This document shows positions 1-8,681 of a DNA stretch of 64,000 bases, piece by piece. The position numbers were made by a program, and so were the translations under genes. The DNA is from Sumerlaeia bacterium (GTDB lineage: Bacteria > Sumerlaeota > Sumerlaeia > SLMS01 > JAHLLQ01), in NCBI GenBank assembly GCA_040219255.1, contig JAVJSW010000068.1, forward strand, positions 1-64,000, read 5' to 3'. The notes under the pieces are model-generated. The model saw nothing but the letters and a program-made list of their open reading frames with translations. It was not told where the DNA came from and did not search any database. The number at the start of each line of letters is the position of its first letter. Within the stretch, counting starts at the first letter, position 1.

Positions 1-235
1 AACCGCCGCCACATAGCCGTAGGGATCGGCGAGAGGCAGGCTCAGGGCAAACGGAAAGGAGAAAGGAGCGCGAGCGTCCCGCTCGCATTGTCTTACGAAT
101 TCGATACTGCGGGCAGGATGCCCGCTCTCCCTTCATAAGGGTCTCTTCCTCGTTCCAACTCCCCCAACGGCTCCTCGGCCACAGCGGCCATTTCAGGGAC
201 ACGGTCGATCAGCCGCGCACGCACCCAGCCTTGCA

Positions 236-1261
236 TCACTCCTCCTCCGGCAACGGCCCGCTCAAGATCGGCCAGCACGCGGCCCAGGTCGCTTCGTAGT
301 CGGCGAGGGTTTCCCTCAATCGGGCGATGTAACGTGCTTCATAACGAGGAGCCAACTTCATCAGGGTATATCCGTACCCCACCGCTAAAATTCCGGCACC
401 GAGGACACCCAGCAGCGCGCCTGCGGTTCCGACGAAGAAGGTCAGAAGGATCGTGAAAAAGGGTAGAACTACCCCGGCTATACCGATCGCAATCACCCCG
501 AGCAAGCCTTTGATAGATGGCGATGGAGGCGGCACGTCGCCGAGCGCACCCATCCCCTCTGGATGGGTGCGCGCCCGCCGCGCCAATACGCGGGCGTCTG
601 ACGAGACCACCCAGACCATTTCCACTGGTAAGAGCAGGGGGTAGGCCTTCATCAATTGACCCACACTGGCCCCCGTCACCACGACAAGAACCAGCCCGAC
701 GAGCAATGTGAGGGATAAACCGGACAGGTCCGGCCGGAGAAGCCAATAGGCTATTCCGGAAGCGTAGGCCCCGAAGAACAGGCTCAACCAAACTCCGAGA
801 AGAGAGAGCGTCCCAAATTTCTGGCGCGCACGCTGATACGCGACGATGGCCGCCGCACGTTTTCCCGTGAGAGGTATCAGCGTCCACGAGTGCCAAATGC
901 GCGGAGTCCCCGCTGCCACCAAGGCCCCCAGGTCGCTCCATAGCAAACAGGGCATCCCCGCGGGAATCGGTGCAGACTTGATGATCAAGCGCGTCAACGG
1001 GACAACGACGGATGGTATGGCAAACAATATCATCCAGAAGCTAGAGAGGACATCCATCATCGTCAGAGCCAGAGCGGCGAACGGCACCAGCGCGGCGAAG
1101 ACGAGAACCAGCAAGTGCCATTGCCGCCGCGCCCGCTGATAGGTCCACCGCCGATGCTCATCGAACCACTCCACCAACGGGTCCTCCGCCCCCTCGCGAA
1201 TTTCCGGGATGTGCTCGGCCAGGCGGGCGGCGGCTTTGGGCAGAGGGCGGGTCGGTTTCAT
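236..1261 (-). CDS. Polytopic membrane protein, paralog of 1258..2292
   Basis: True start is ATG at 1261 (MKPTRPLPK), overlapping the upstream stop (ATGA). Several hydrophobic segments; C-terminus WPILSGPLPEEE. The 706-aa ORF in the track is an N-terminal over-extension. Confidence 0.8.
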   Translation of the reverse strand: MKPTRPLPKAAARLAEHIPEIREGAEDPLVEWFDEHRRWTYQRARRQWHLLVLVFAALVPFAALALTMMDVLSSFWMILFAIPSVVVPLTRLIIKSAPIPAGMPCLLWSDLGALVAAGTPRIWHSWTLIPLTGKRAAAIVAYQRARQKFGTLSLLGVWLSLFFGAYASGIAYWLLRPDLSGLSLTLLVGLVLVVVTGASVGQLMKAYPLLLPVEMVWVVSSDARVLARRARTHPEGMGALGDVPPPSPSIKGLLGVIAIGIAGVVLPFFTILLTFFVGTAGALLGVLGAGILAVGYGYTLMKLAPRYEARYIARLRETLADYEATWAACWPILSGPLPEEE

Positions 1262-2292
1262 TCCTTCTGCTCCGGCAACGGCCCGCTCAGGATCGGCCAG
1301 CCGATCTGCCACGCGTAGGTGTACTCGGCGAGGAGACGCTGGGCTTTCTCCTGTTCCCCGGGGAACAGGTTCTGGGCCATGTAGCGCCCCGCCGCCCACA
1401 GCGCCACCCAGTCGGCCACGACCAGGATCACGAAAACGGGAAACAGTTTGAGCATGAGGAAAACCGGCGGCAGCAGGTACACCGCGCAGATGATCAGAAA
1501 GAGCAGGCATCCCCAACTGGGGATGGGCCTCTTGTAGAAAAACGCCTCGGTTCCCACAAAGGCCGGGTGCTGGCGGATGCGGCGCAATAGCAGGTTCAAC
1601 TCCTCGGTCATGCCGCCCCGGAATTCCATCAGGCCCACGCATGGGGTCATGCGCCGGGCCATCCAGTAACTCAGCCCCATCAAAATGGCGAAGGCCACTC
1701 CGCCCACCAGATACGGCACCGGCGACTGCGGCCCGTACGGCAGAGGCATCAGAATTGCCGGTAACGTCAGCAAACTGAGGAACACACAAAAGGCGCCCAC
1801 GATCGTTGGGCCGTTGCTTTTCTGGCTCAGAACCTCCCACGCCACAATGCTCGTAGCTCGCTCGGGCGTCAGGGGAAGCAGCGCCCACTCGCGCCATTCC
1901 TGAGGCGCGCCGATCATCACCAGATGGCGGAAACTGCGAAACCGGGTGTAGGGCCTCAGCGATGGTCCGCGACCCTTGCGGCGGCGTTTGGTCACCAGCA
2001 TGTGCGCCACCACCGCCATGGGGATCAGAAGAAAAATCACCGCATTGACCGTCTCCTGCAAATGGGCCGGCAGCAACGCGAAGCCAAACGCCCAGAAAAT
2101 CGCCAGCCCCGCCACGAGCGCGATCAGCGTGGTGTTCTTGCGGAGCAGGTAGCCCGAGGGCCGATCGAACGCCAGCCACATCGCCAGCGGGTCGTTGGCG
2201 CCGTCTTTGGCCTGGGGCAGGGCCCCCATCAACGGCAGCACATGGCCGGGGATCGGTTGCTGAAAACCGGGGGTCGGGCGGGCAAGAGGCAC
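1258..2292 (-). CDS. Polytopic membrane protein (possibly ABC-2 permease-like)
   Basis: 344-aa ORF, GTG start, about 6 hydrophobic segments. DPL..W and W.L.PLT motifs and C-terminal WPILSGPLPE are shared with the downstream paralog. Confidence 0.8.
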   Translation of the reverse strand: MPLARPTPGFQQPIPGHVLPLMGALPQAKDGANDPLAMWLAFDRPSGYLLRKNTTLIALVAGLAIFWAFGFALLPAHLQETVNAVIFLLIPMAVVAHMLVTKRRRKGRGPSLRPYTRFRSFRHLVMIGAPQEWREWALLPLTPERATSIVAWEVLSQKSNGPTIVGAFCVFLSLLTLPAILMPLPYGPQSPVPYLVGGVAFAILMGLSYWMARRMTPCVGLMEFRGGMTEELNLLLRRIRQHPAFVGTEAFFYKRPIPSWGCLLFLIICAVYLLPPVFLMLKLFPVFVILVVADWVALWAAGRYMAQNLFPGEQEKAQRLLAEYTYAWQIGWPILSGPLPEQKE

Positions 2293-2591
2293 GGGGTGGG
2301 GGACCTTTCGGACAAAAACCTGAGCGATTCCCGCCAGGGGGTAAAGATGATTTCATGACAATACCTTCGGCACCCGCGGAAAATTCATTCTGTGGCGTTT
2401 AGGAGCCTCTTGCTCGCCCTCCGCTCGCGACCTTCTGACGCCGAATTCACGTGCCTCGAGGGGGCATCCACAGGAAATTGGAGCCGTCGAAACATTCTCA
2501 GGCTTGATTTCTGGCCGGGCTTTGTTACGCTGCTCGGTTGATTCGAGAGAATCCGGTTCGATTTCCGCCTCAGAAAGTTCCTGAAACGACC

Positions 2592-3383
2592 ATGCGCATG
2601 TCTCCTTTCCTCTCCGCCACGATCGCCGCCGGGGTGCTGCTCTGCGGGGCGCTGGCCCGGGCGGAACAGACTCTCGTCGAGCCGGCCACGGAAGCGGTGG
2701 ATTTCGCCACTTCGCCCTCGGCGCGAATGCTTTCCGTTTCCGGCTACGAAGCCGATCCGGAAATCGCCGAATTATTGGCACCCTACGCCGCCCAGGTCGC
2801 CGTCCTCGAAGCCCCCATCGCCCTCAACGCCCAGGAAATGGACCGCACCATGGCCGGCGATTGGATGGCCGACGTCGTGCGCGAGGCCGCCAGCCAGGCC
2901 CTCGGCGAGGACGTCCACCTCGGCTTTGTCAATCGCGGCGGCGTGCGGACCCTCATGCCCGCCGGCAAGGTCTCGCGCGCCACCATGATGGAAATCATGC
3001 CCTTCGACAACGCCATCGTCGTCTTCACCGTCCCCGGCGACCAGATGCTGCTCCTCGGTTCCATCATCGCCAGCCGCGTGTACTCCTCGCCCGGATTCCC
3101 CATCAGCGAAGGCGCCCGCATCACCGTCGATGATGAGCGCCAATTGGTCGAATTCACCATCGGCGGCGAACCCGTCACTCCCGAGCGCGATTACCTGGTC
3201 GCCACCAGCAGTTACCTCGCCGGAGGCGGCGACAACATGGAACTGCTCAGCGAAGACATGGCGCCGCCGCGTGACACCGGCGTTCTGATCCGCGACGCCA
3301 TGATCGCCCACGCCCTCGCCGTGGCCGAGGCTGGCGGCGAAATCCAGCCCCCCGCCCCCGGCCGCTACGTCCGACCCGAATAA
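2592..3383 (+). CDS. 5'-nucleotidase C-terminal (substrate-binding) domain protein, exported
   Basis: Signal peptide MRMSPFLSATIAAGVLLCGALARA; motifs NRGGVR, EIMPFDN and YLAGGGD of 5_nucleotid_C. Confidence 0.9.
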   Translation: MRMSPFLSATIAAGVLLCGALARAEQTLVEPATEAVDFATSPSARMLSVSGYEADPEIAELLAPYAAQVAVLEAPIALNAQEMDRTMAGDWMADVVREAASQALGEDVHLGFVNRGGVRTLMPAGKVSRATMMEIMPFDNAIVVFTVPGDQMLLLGSIIASRVYSSPGFPISEGARITVDDERQLVEFTIGGEPVTPERDYLVATSSYLAGGGDNMELLSEDMAPPRDTGVLIRDAMIAHALAVAEAGGEIQPPAPGRYVRPE

Positions 3384-3429
3384 CCCGCCGCCACTCCGTA
3401 AGACGCATTTTCTCAAGGAACCACTCCTC

Positions 3430-4362
3430 ATGATGAACCGCCGTTCGTTTCTCCGCAATTCCCTCTTCGCCTTTGGCGGCGCCGCCCTCGCCGGGCCCAT
3501 GGCCCTGGCCCAGGAATCCCGCCCCAGCATGGGCAAACGCCTCATCTTCCTGCACACGAACGACGTCCACTCGCACCTGAATCCGCGCAGCAGCGGCCCC
3601 TACGCGGGCCTCGGCGGCGCCCCCCAGCGCGCCTCCCTCATCAAAGCCATGCGCGCCCGCGCCGCCGCCAATGGCGACGCCCTCCTCGTCGTCGATTGCG
3701 GCGACATTTTCCAGGGCACCCCCTACTTCAACCTCTTCGAGGGCGAACCCGACATCAAAGCCATGAACGCCATGGGCATCCAGGCCTCCACCATCGGCAA
3801 CCACGAGTTCGACGCCGGCATCGAACGCCTCGCCGAAATGGCCCAGCTGGCCGATTTCCCCTTCCTGAACTGCAACTACGATTGGACCGGCACGCCCATG
3901 GAGGGCCTGACGCACGAGAGCGTCGTGCACGAATTCGACGGCCTGCGGGTCGGCCTCCTCGGCGTCGGTATCAGCCTCGACGGTCTCGTCAGCGCCCGCC
4001 TCTACGGCGACACCAAGTACCTCGACCCGGTCGAAAACGCCCGCCGCGTGGCCCGCCGCCTGCGCCAGGACGAAGGCTGCGACTTCGTGGCCTGCATCTC
4101 CCACGCGAGCTTCAGCGGCCGGGGCGACGAACCCGGCGACCGTGACATCGCCCGCGAAGTCCCCGAAATCGACATCGTCATGGGCGGTCACGACCACGAC
4201 CTCTACGACACCCCCCGCCGCATCGAACGCCCCGGCGGCTCCCTCGGCTGGGTCAACCAGGCGGGCTGGGCCGGAACCCACATGGGCATGGTCGCCTTCG
4301 ACGTCTTCGGCCCCGGGCAACGAGAGATGGCCCAAGCCGGGCCGGTGGCGGTGCGAGCGTAG
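3430..4362 (+). CDS. 5'-nucleotidase N-terminal metallophosphoesterase domain protein, Tat-exported
   Basis: Tat motif NRRSFL; HTNDVHSH, DCGD, GNHEFD and GGHDH metal-binding motifs. Confidence 0.92.
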   Translation: MMNRRSFLRNSLFAFGGAALAGPMALAQESRPSMGKRLIFLHTNDVHSHLNPRSSGPYAGLGGAPQRASLIKAMRARAAANGDALLVVDCGDIFQGTPYFNLFEGEPDIKAMNAMGIQASTIGNHEFDAGIERLAEMAQLADFPFLNCNYDWTGTPMEGLTHESVVHEFDGLRVGLLGVGISLDGLVSARLYGDTKYLDPVENARRVARRLRQDEGCDFVACISHASFSGRGDEPGDRDIAREVPEIDIVMGGHDHDLYDTPRRIERPGGSLGWVNQAGWAGTHMGMVAFDVFGPGQREMAQAGPVAVRA

Positions 4363-4536
4363 GGAGGAACCTTTCCCTTTTATCCAAGCCACTCGCGCTC
4401 AAAATTCCCTCCGTCGGCCACTTCGCTCGCCTATCGCCCTTTTTTCCCCGCGATTCCTGCGTTCCCTTGACAGCCTTCCATTTCTGCCCGTTAATAGACC
4501 CCGAGATTCAGGCCGGAGGGCAGTCAGGCATTTCCT

Positions 4537-5415
4537 ATGGCCGTGCAAAACGCGAAAGAGGCGTTCTCCAAGGGCGATATCATCGATATCCTCAAGCAGA
4601 ACGTCTCCCTCTACAAGAACGAACCGGAATTCGTCGACTACATCGTCAACCTGGCGCTGTACCTGATCGATCAAGCCTACGTGATGAGCGGCGAGCGCTC
4701 GAGCGATCTGGAGTCGGTTCTCGAATTCTACGAAAAATCCCGCATCGCCCGCGGAAGCGAAGGCCTCCCCATGCCCCCCGCCCGGCCTCCGCGGCTGGAG
4801 GAAGAAGCCCTCTTCCCTTCCATGGACTCCAGCATCGAAGAGGAAGTTTCCGCTTCGTCCCAGCCCTTCGGCGATGAACCGCCGACCGTCAAGGGTCCTC
4901 TCAAGGACGAGGACGGCGAACCGGCCACGAACAAGTTCTACGCGAAGGGCTTTCAGCCCACCCTCAGAAAAGGCGAAGGCGATGAGGACGAACCCGCCGC
5001 CGACGCCTCCAAAGCCCCACCCCAAGGGCCCGAGGCGTTCGATCCCTTCGATCGTTCCTCCGCCTCGGGGGAAATCCGCAAAGAAGATCCCCCCACCACC
5101 CGCCGCGTCGTCGTCGACCGCCGCTCCCTGATGGCCCCGGGCGCCTACACGCCGGAACCGGAAGGCGGTCTCGTGAAGGATCGCGGCGGCTCGGCGGAAG
5201 AGCGGGTGACCGACAAGATCAATCCGGACCTGGACGCCGACCCGCCAACGCGTAAGCTGAGCCCCCAAATCCAAGTCGATCAGCAAGGCAAAGCCCGTAT
5301 CTACAAGGTTGTGCGTTCCTACAGCGCCCGCGAGGGGGGGAAACTCATTTGCCCCATTTGCGGCACCGACACCAAGAGCCAACCGACCTGTCCGAATTGT
5401 GGCCACATGCTGTAA
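4537..5415 (+). CDS. Hypothetical protein with C-terminal zinc ribbon
   Basis: 292-aa ORF with host-like codon use, acidic/Pro-rich linker and terminal CPICG-x-CPNCG. Confidence 0.75.
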   Translation: MAVQNAKEAFSKGDIIDILKQNVSLYKNEPEFVDYIVNLALYLIDQAYVMSGERSSDLESVLEFYEKSRIARGSEGLPMPPARPPRLEEEALFPSMDSSIEEEVSASSQPFGDEPPTVKGPLKDEDGEPATNKFYAKGFQPTLRKGEGDEDEPAADASKAPPQGPEAFDPFDRSSASGEIRKEDPPTTRRVVVDRRSLMAPGAYTPEPEGGLVKDRGGSAEERVTDKINPDLDADPPTRKLSPQIQVDQQGKARIYKVVRSYSAREGGKLICPICGTDTKSQPTCPNCGHML

Positions 5416-5434
5416 ATCTTTGGCGTGCCTTGAT

Positions 5435-6247
5435 TTACATGCCCTGCCAGGATTCCACATCCGGTTCCTGCCACAGTTCTTCCCCCGGTTCCGGCATTGT
5501 TTCCATCCAATCGCCGTAAATGGGATTGGGCAGGATGAGATATTTGTCGCCGAAGAGTTCGAACGGCCGCGCCGCATCTGGCTCTGGCTCCGGAAAATCG
5601 CCGATCCGGTCGCCGAGATAAAGCACCACCTCCAGCGGTGGCAGCCCCTCGTCCTCCAGACCCTCCCCCACCGCATCGAATCGTGGTTCCTTGAACCCGT
5701 CCAGGCTGATCGGATGGCTGAGTACGGCGTCGTAGGGCAACCCCGCCGCCGTCAGGTTTTCCCGCGTCTCATCGTTCTGAAAAGCCGCCCGGTTCGTCAC
5801 CACCACGATGCGCCCGCCGAGGCTTCGCACTTCTTCCAGGAACGCCTTGGCGGCGGGCAGGGCGGGAGCCTCGCTACGCTGCTGCCAAGCGGTGCGGCCC
5901 AACCCCGAGCCGTTGTCGCCTTCGCGGACTTGCTCGATGTAGTAAGGCAAATTGCTCAGCACCGTCTCATCGGCATCCACGATCACCGCCCATGTACCCG
6001 GCTCGCGGGTGGCGGCGGCTTGCCGGACGCGCTCGGTGGCGACGTTGTAGGCTTGGTGAACCAGCGCCCGGTATTCCGCCGAGGTAGACATAAACTGAAC
6101 GGAGCGAGCGATCTCTGGCGAATTGTCATGGGCGCAATTGGCGGTTGTGAACACCAGGGAAAGGCCGAGCAGAAACGCCAGCCCCGATCGGGACCAGGCG
6201 CGCAGGGCGGGATTTCGAAAAATGGGGCGAGAGGACGAGGACTTCAT
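5435..6247 (-). CDS. HAD-family acid phosphatase (class C / e(P4)-like), probable lipoprotein
   Basis: DADETVLSN, VTNR, GDRIGDF and LPNPIYGDW motifs; hydrophobic leader ending ANC. Start uncertain (6247 or 6265). Confidence 0.88.
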   Translation of the reverse strand: MKSSSSRPIFRNPALRAWSRSGLAFLLGLSLVFTTANCAHDNSPEIARSVQFMSTSAEYRALVHQAYNVATERVRQAAATREPGTWAVIVDADETVLSNLPYYIEQVREGDNGSGLGRTAWQQRSEAPALPAAKAFLEEVRSLGGRIVVVTNRAAFQNDETRENLTAAGLPYDAVLSHPISLDGFKEPRFDAVGEGLEDEGLPPLEVVLYLGDRIGDFPEPEPDAARPFELFGDKYLILPNPIYGDWMETMPEPGEELWQEPDVESWQGM

Positions 6248-6302
6248 ACTCCAGGGGGGAATCAAGACTCGGGCCGGAAAGCCCGAGAGCCGCGTACGGA
6301 CC

Positions 6303-6923
6303 TCAATCTTCCGGCGGAAACAGAACGGCGGCGTCGATCACCACGTCCGGAAATGCCAGCGGGGCGATGCGGCCGTCCTCCGCGAGAGAGAACGACACGC
6401 GGTAGGTCTGGGCCTCTGGATCCGGCGACCGATTGATTTCCAATCTCTTTTCGGGCAGGTTGATAATCCAGTATTCGCAAATGCCCGCCTGCGCATAGAC
6501 TTGTTTTTTCCAGCCACGGTCGGTCTTCAGTGTCGTGTCGCTCACCTCGATCAGAAGCAAGACGTCGGCTGCGGCGGGACCGCGCGATGTGTTTCTCAAC
6601 TTCGACGACACAACGGCAATGTCTGGAGAGAGTTGGGATACGGGTGATAAATCGATGCCACCCTGGATCTCGACCTCGGCTACGCTGCGAGGCAACTTCT
6701 CGAACAAGAGGTAGGAAAGGGTTCGCACGACCCAGCGATGCGGCCCCCCGATCGGTGACATCATCAACAGTTCTCCGTCGTAGAGTTCCAGCCGCTCGTC
6801 GCCGGAAAGGATGCCCGCCTCCTGCATTCGCAGGCATTCGTCGATGGTGAGACGACGGCGCGCCGGCCGCTCCTCAAGGGATAAATCGGATTTGGGGGCG
6901 GTGGGTTGGGCGGTTTGAACCAT
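6303..6923 (-). CDS. Uma2-family endonuclease
   Basis: ELYDGEL..MSP, PDIAVV, LLIEVSDTT, K..YA.AGI.EYWIINL. Confidence 0.92.
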   Translation of the reverse strand: MVQTAQPTAPKSDLSLEERPARRRLTIDECLRMQEAGILSGDERLELYDGELLMMSPIGGPHRWVVRTLSYLLFEKLPRSVAEVEIQGGIDLSPVSQLSPDIAVVSSKLRNTSRGPAAADVLLLIEVSDTTLKTDRGWKKQVYAQAGICEYWIINLPEKRLEINRSPDPEAQTYRVSFSLAEDGRIAPLAFPDVVIDAAVLFPPED

Positions 6924-7123
6924 GGCGGAAATGCTTGGCCTCCGGTAGGGAATCCGTTTACGCGGACTCTATCACACCCCGCGGTTCAGGCAACGTCAAA
7001 TCCGACTCGCGGGGCCCGACATCGCTTGACGTCGAAGCCGATTTGCCCCATCTCTCGGACACGAGCGAATCCGGCGGAAAAGTTGCTTCCATCCGCCCCA
7101 CCCCGTGGAGAGTGCACCAAACC

Positions 7124-8599
7124 ATGCACATTGGCTTTATCACTGCCTACGACATCCGCAGCCCCTATCAGGTGAGCCTGCCGCCGTTGGGCATCGGTTA
7201 CCTGTCGAGCTGGATCAAAAAGCACTGTTGGTGGGCCACGACCAGTTTCCACCATACGGTGGACGAATTGGTCCACGCCAAGCCGGACATTATCGCCGTT
7301 TCCTCCACGACGGAGAATTTCACCGACGCCACCAAGATCGCGACGGAAGCCAAGGACCGCCTCAATGGCGTGCCGGTGGTGCTGGGCGGGATGCACATCA
7401 CCAGTCTTCCCCAGAACCTCCCCGCCGTCTATGACTGCGGCGTCATCGGCGAGGGCGAGCAGACATTCCTGCAGATCGTGCAGCTCTACAAGGACGCGCC
7501 CCGGCCGTCGGTTTCCGACTTCGAGAAAATCAACGGTATCTGCTATCACCGCGACGGCAAAGTGGCCATCAACCCCTCCGCCGACCTGATCAAGGACCTG
7601 GACGATCTGCCCTATCCGGACCGCGAAGTCATCGACCACGGATGGAAGATCCCCTCTCGCGACACGATCCACATGATTTCCAGCCGGGGCTGCCCCTACA
7701 AGTGCAGCTTCTGCTCCTCCTCGCTCCACTGGAAGCGCTTCCGATTCTTCAGCCCGGAATACGTGGCCAAGGAAATCGAGTACCTGCGCGAGCGCTACGA
7801 CCCCGAAATCGTCTACTTTTTCGACGATCTGTTCGTGGGCCACATCGGCCGCTGGCGCAAGATCGTCGAACTGTTCCGCGAACGCGGCCTGCACAAAGGC
7901 ATCCACTTCCGCGCCTACGCCCGCGTGGACCTCGTGACCGAGCAAATGGCCGACGAATTCGCCGAGCTGAACTTCAAGTACATCGACTTCGGTTTCGAAT
8001 CCAACAGCCAGCCGGTCCTCGAATTCCTGACCAAGACCCGCGTGACGCCGGAAGTCAACCAGCGCGCCATCGACTACCTGGCCAAGAATCGCCTTTCCAT
8101 CGGCGCCAACTTCATCATCGGTTCGCCGCCGGAAACGGCCGCGATGCTCGACGAATCCTACGCCTTTGCCGATCACAACCGCGATCATATCGACCGCTGC
8201 TCGGTCGGTCCCCTCCAGCCCCTACCCGGCACCCCGATCTTCAATTACGCCATGCAGAAGGGCCTCGTCAATCCCGACATGGACTGGGGTTATCTCGGCG
8301 TTTCCTACGACAACTTCGACTTCTCCACCTTCCCCTTCATGGCGGAAAACATGACGCCGGACGAGTTCTGGGCCGGATGGACGAAGTTCAACACCTTGTC
8401 CAAGGAAATCAACTACGTCGGCCAGATGCGACGCCTGACCGAGCAGCGCTGGCACCGCGAGCAGGAAATCGCCCGCCTCGAAAGCGAACTCGCCTCCCTC
8501 AAGGGCTCGCGCGTCATCAAAGCCGCCAACTGGGTTCGCGGCCTGCGCCAGCGCGTTCTCGGTCCCGGCGAGGCCACAGGCCAACCGGCCGCCGCGTAA
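7124..8599 (+). CDS. Cobalamin-binding radical SAM protein
   Basis: PPLGIGYL and LGGMH..GEGE B12 domain; SRGCPYKCSFC cluster motif; GFES. Start at MHIGFITAY after GGAG. Confidence 0.92.
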   Translation: MHIGFITAYDIRSPYQVSLPPLGIGYLSSWIKKHCWWATTSFHHTVDELVHAKPDIIAVSSTTENFTDATKIATEAKDRLNGVPVVLGGMHITSLPQNLPAVYDCGVIGEGEQTFLQIVQLYKDAPRPSVSDFEKINGICYHRDGKVAINPSADLIKDLDDLPYPDREVIDHGWKIPSRDTIHMISSRGCPYKCSFCSSSLHWKRFRFFSPEYVAKEIEYLRERYDPEIVYFFDDLFVGHIGRWRKIVELFRERGLHKGIHFRAYARVDLVTEQMADEFAELNFKYIDFGFESNSQPVLEFLTKTRVTPEVNQRAIDYLAKNRLSIGANFIIGSPPETAAMLDESYAFADHNRDHIDRCSVGPLQPLPGTPIFNYAMQKGLVNPDMDWGYLGVSYDNFDFSTFPFMAENMTPDEFWAGWTKFNTLSKEINYVGQMRRLTEQRWHREQEIARLESELASLKGSRVIKAANWVRGLRQRVLGPGEATGQPAAA

Positions 8600-8630
8600 C
8601 GGTCTCGCGCCCGTGACAAACGCTCTCGCC

Positions 8631-8680
8631 GCCCCCACTCTTCAGGTCGAGCGACCGAACAGAGCCGGGGGTTTTTCTTT
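8631..8680 (+). terminator. Possible intrinsic terminator
   Basis: Imperfect GC stem (CCCC..CTCT / AGAG..GGGG) followed by TTTTTCTTT, downstream of the radical SAM gene. Confidence 0.35.
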
Positions 8681-8681
8681 G

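Noticed and set aside
1262-2356. N-terminal half of the 706-aa ORF
   Set aside because: Alternative frame over gene 1258..2292. The real start is 1261.
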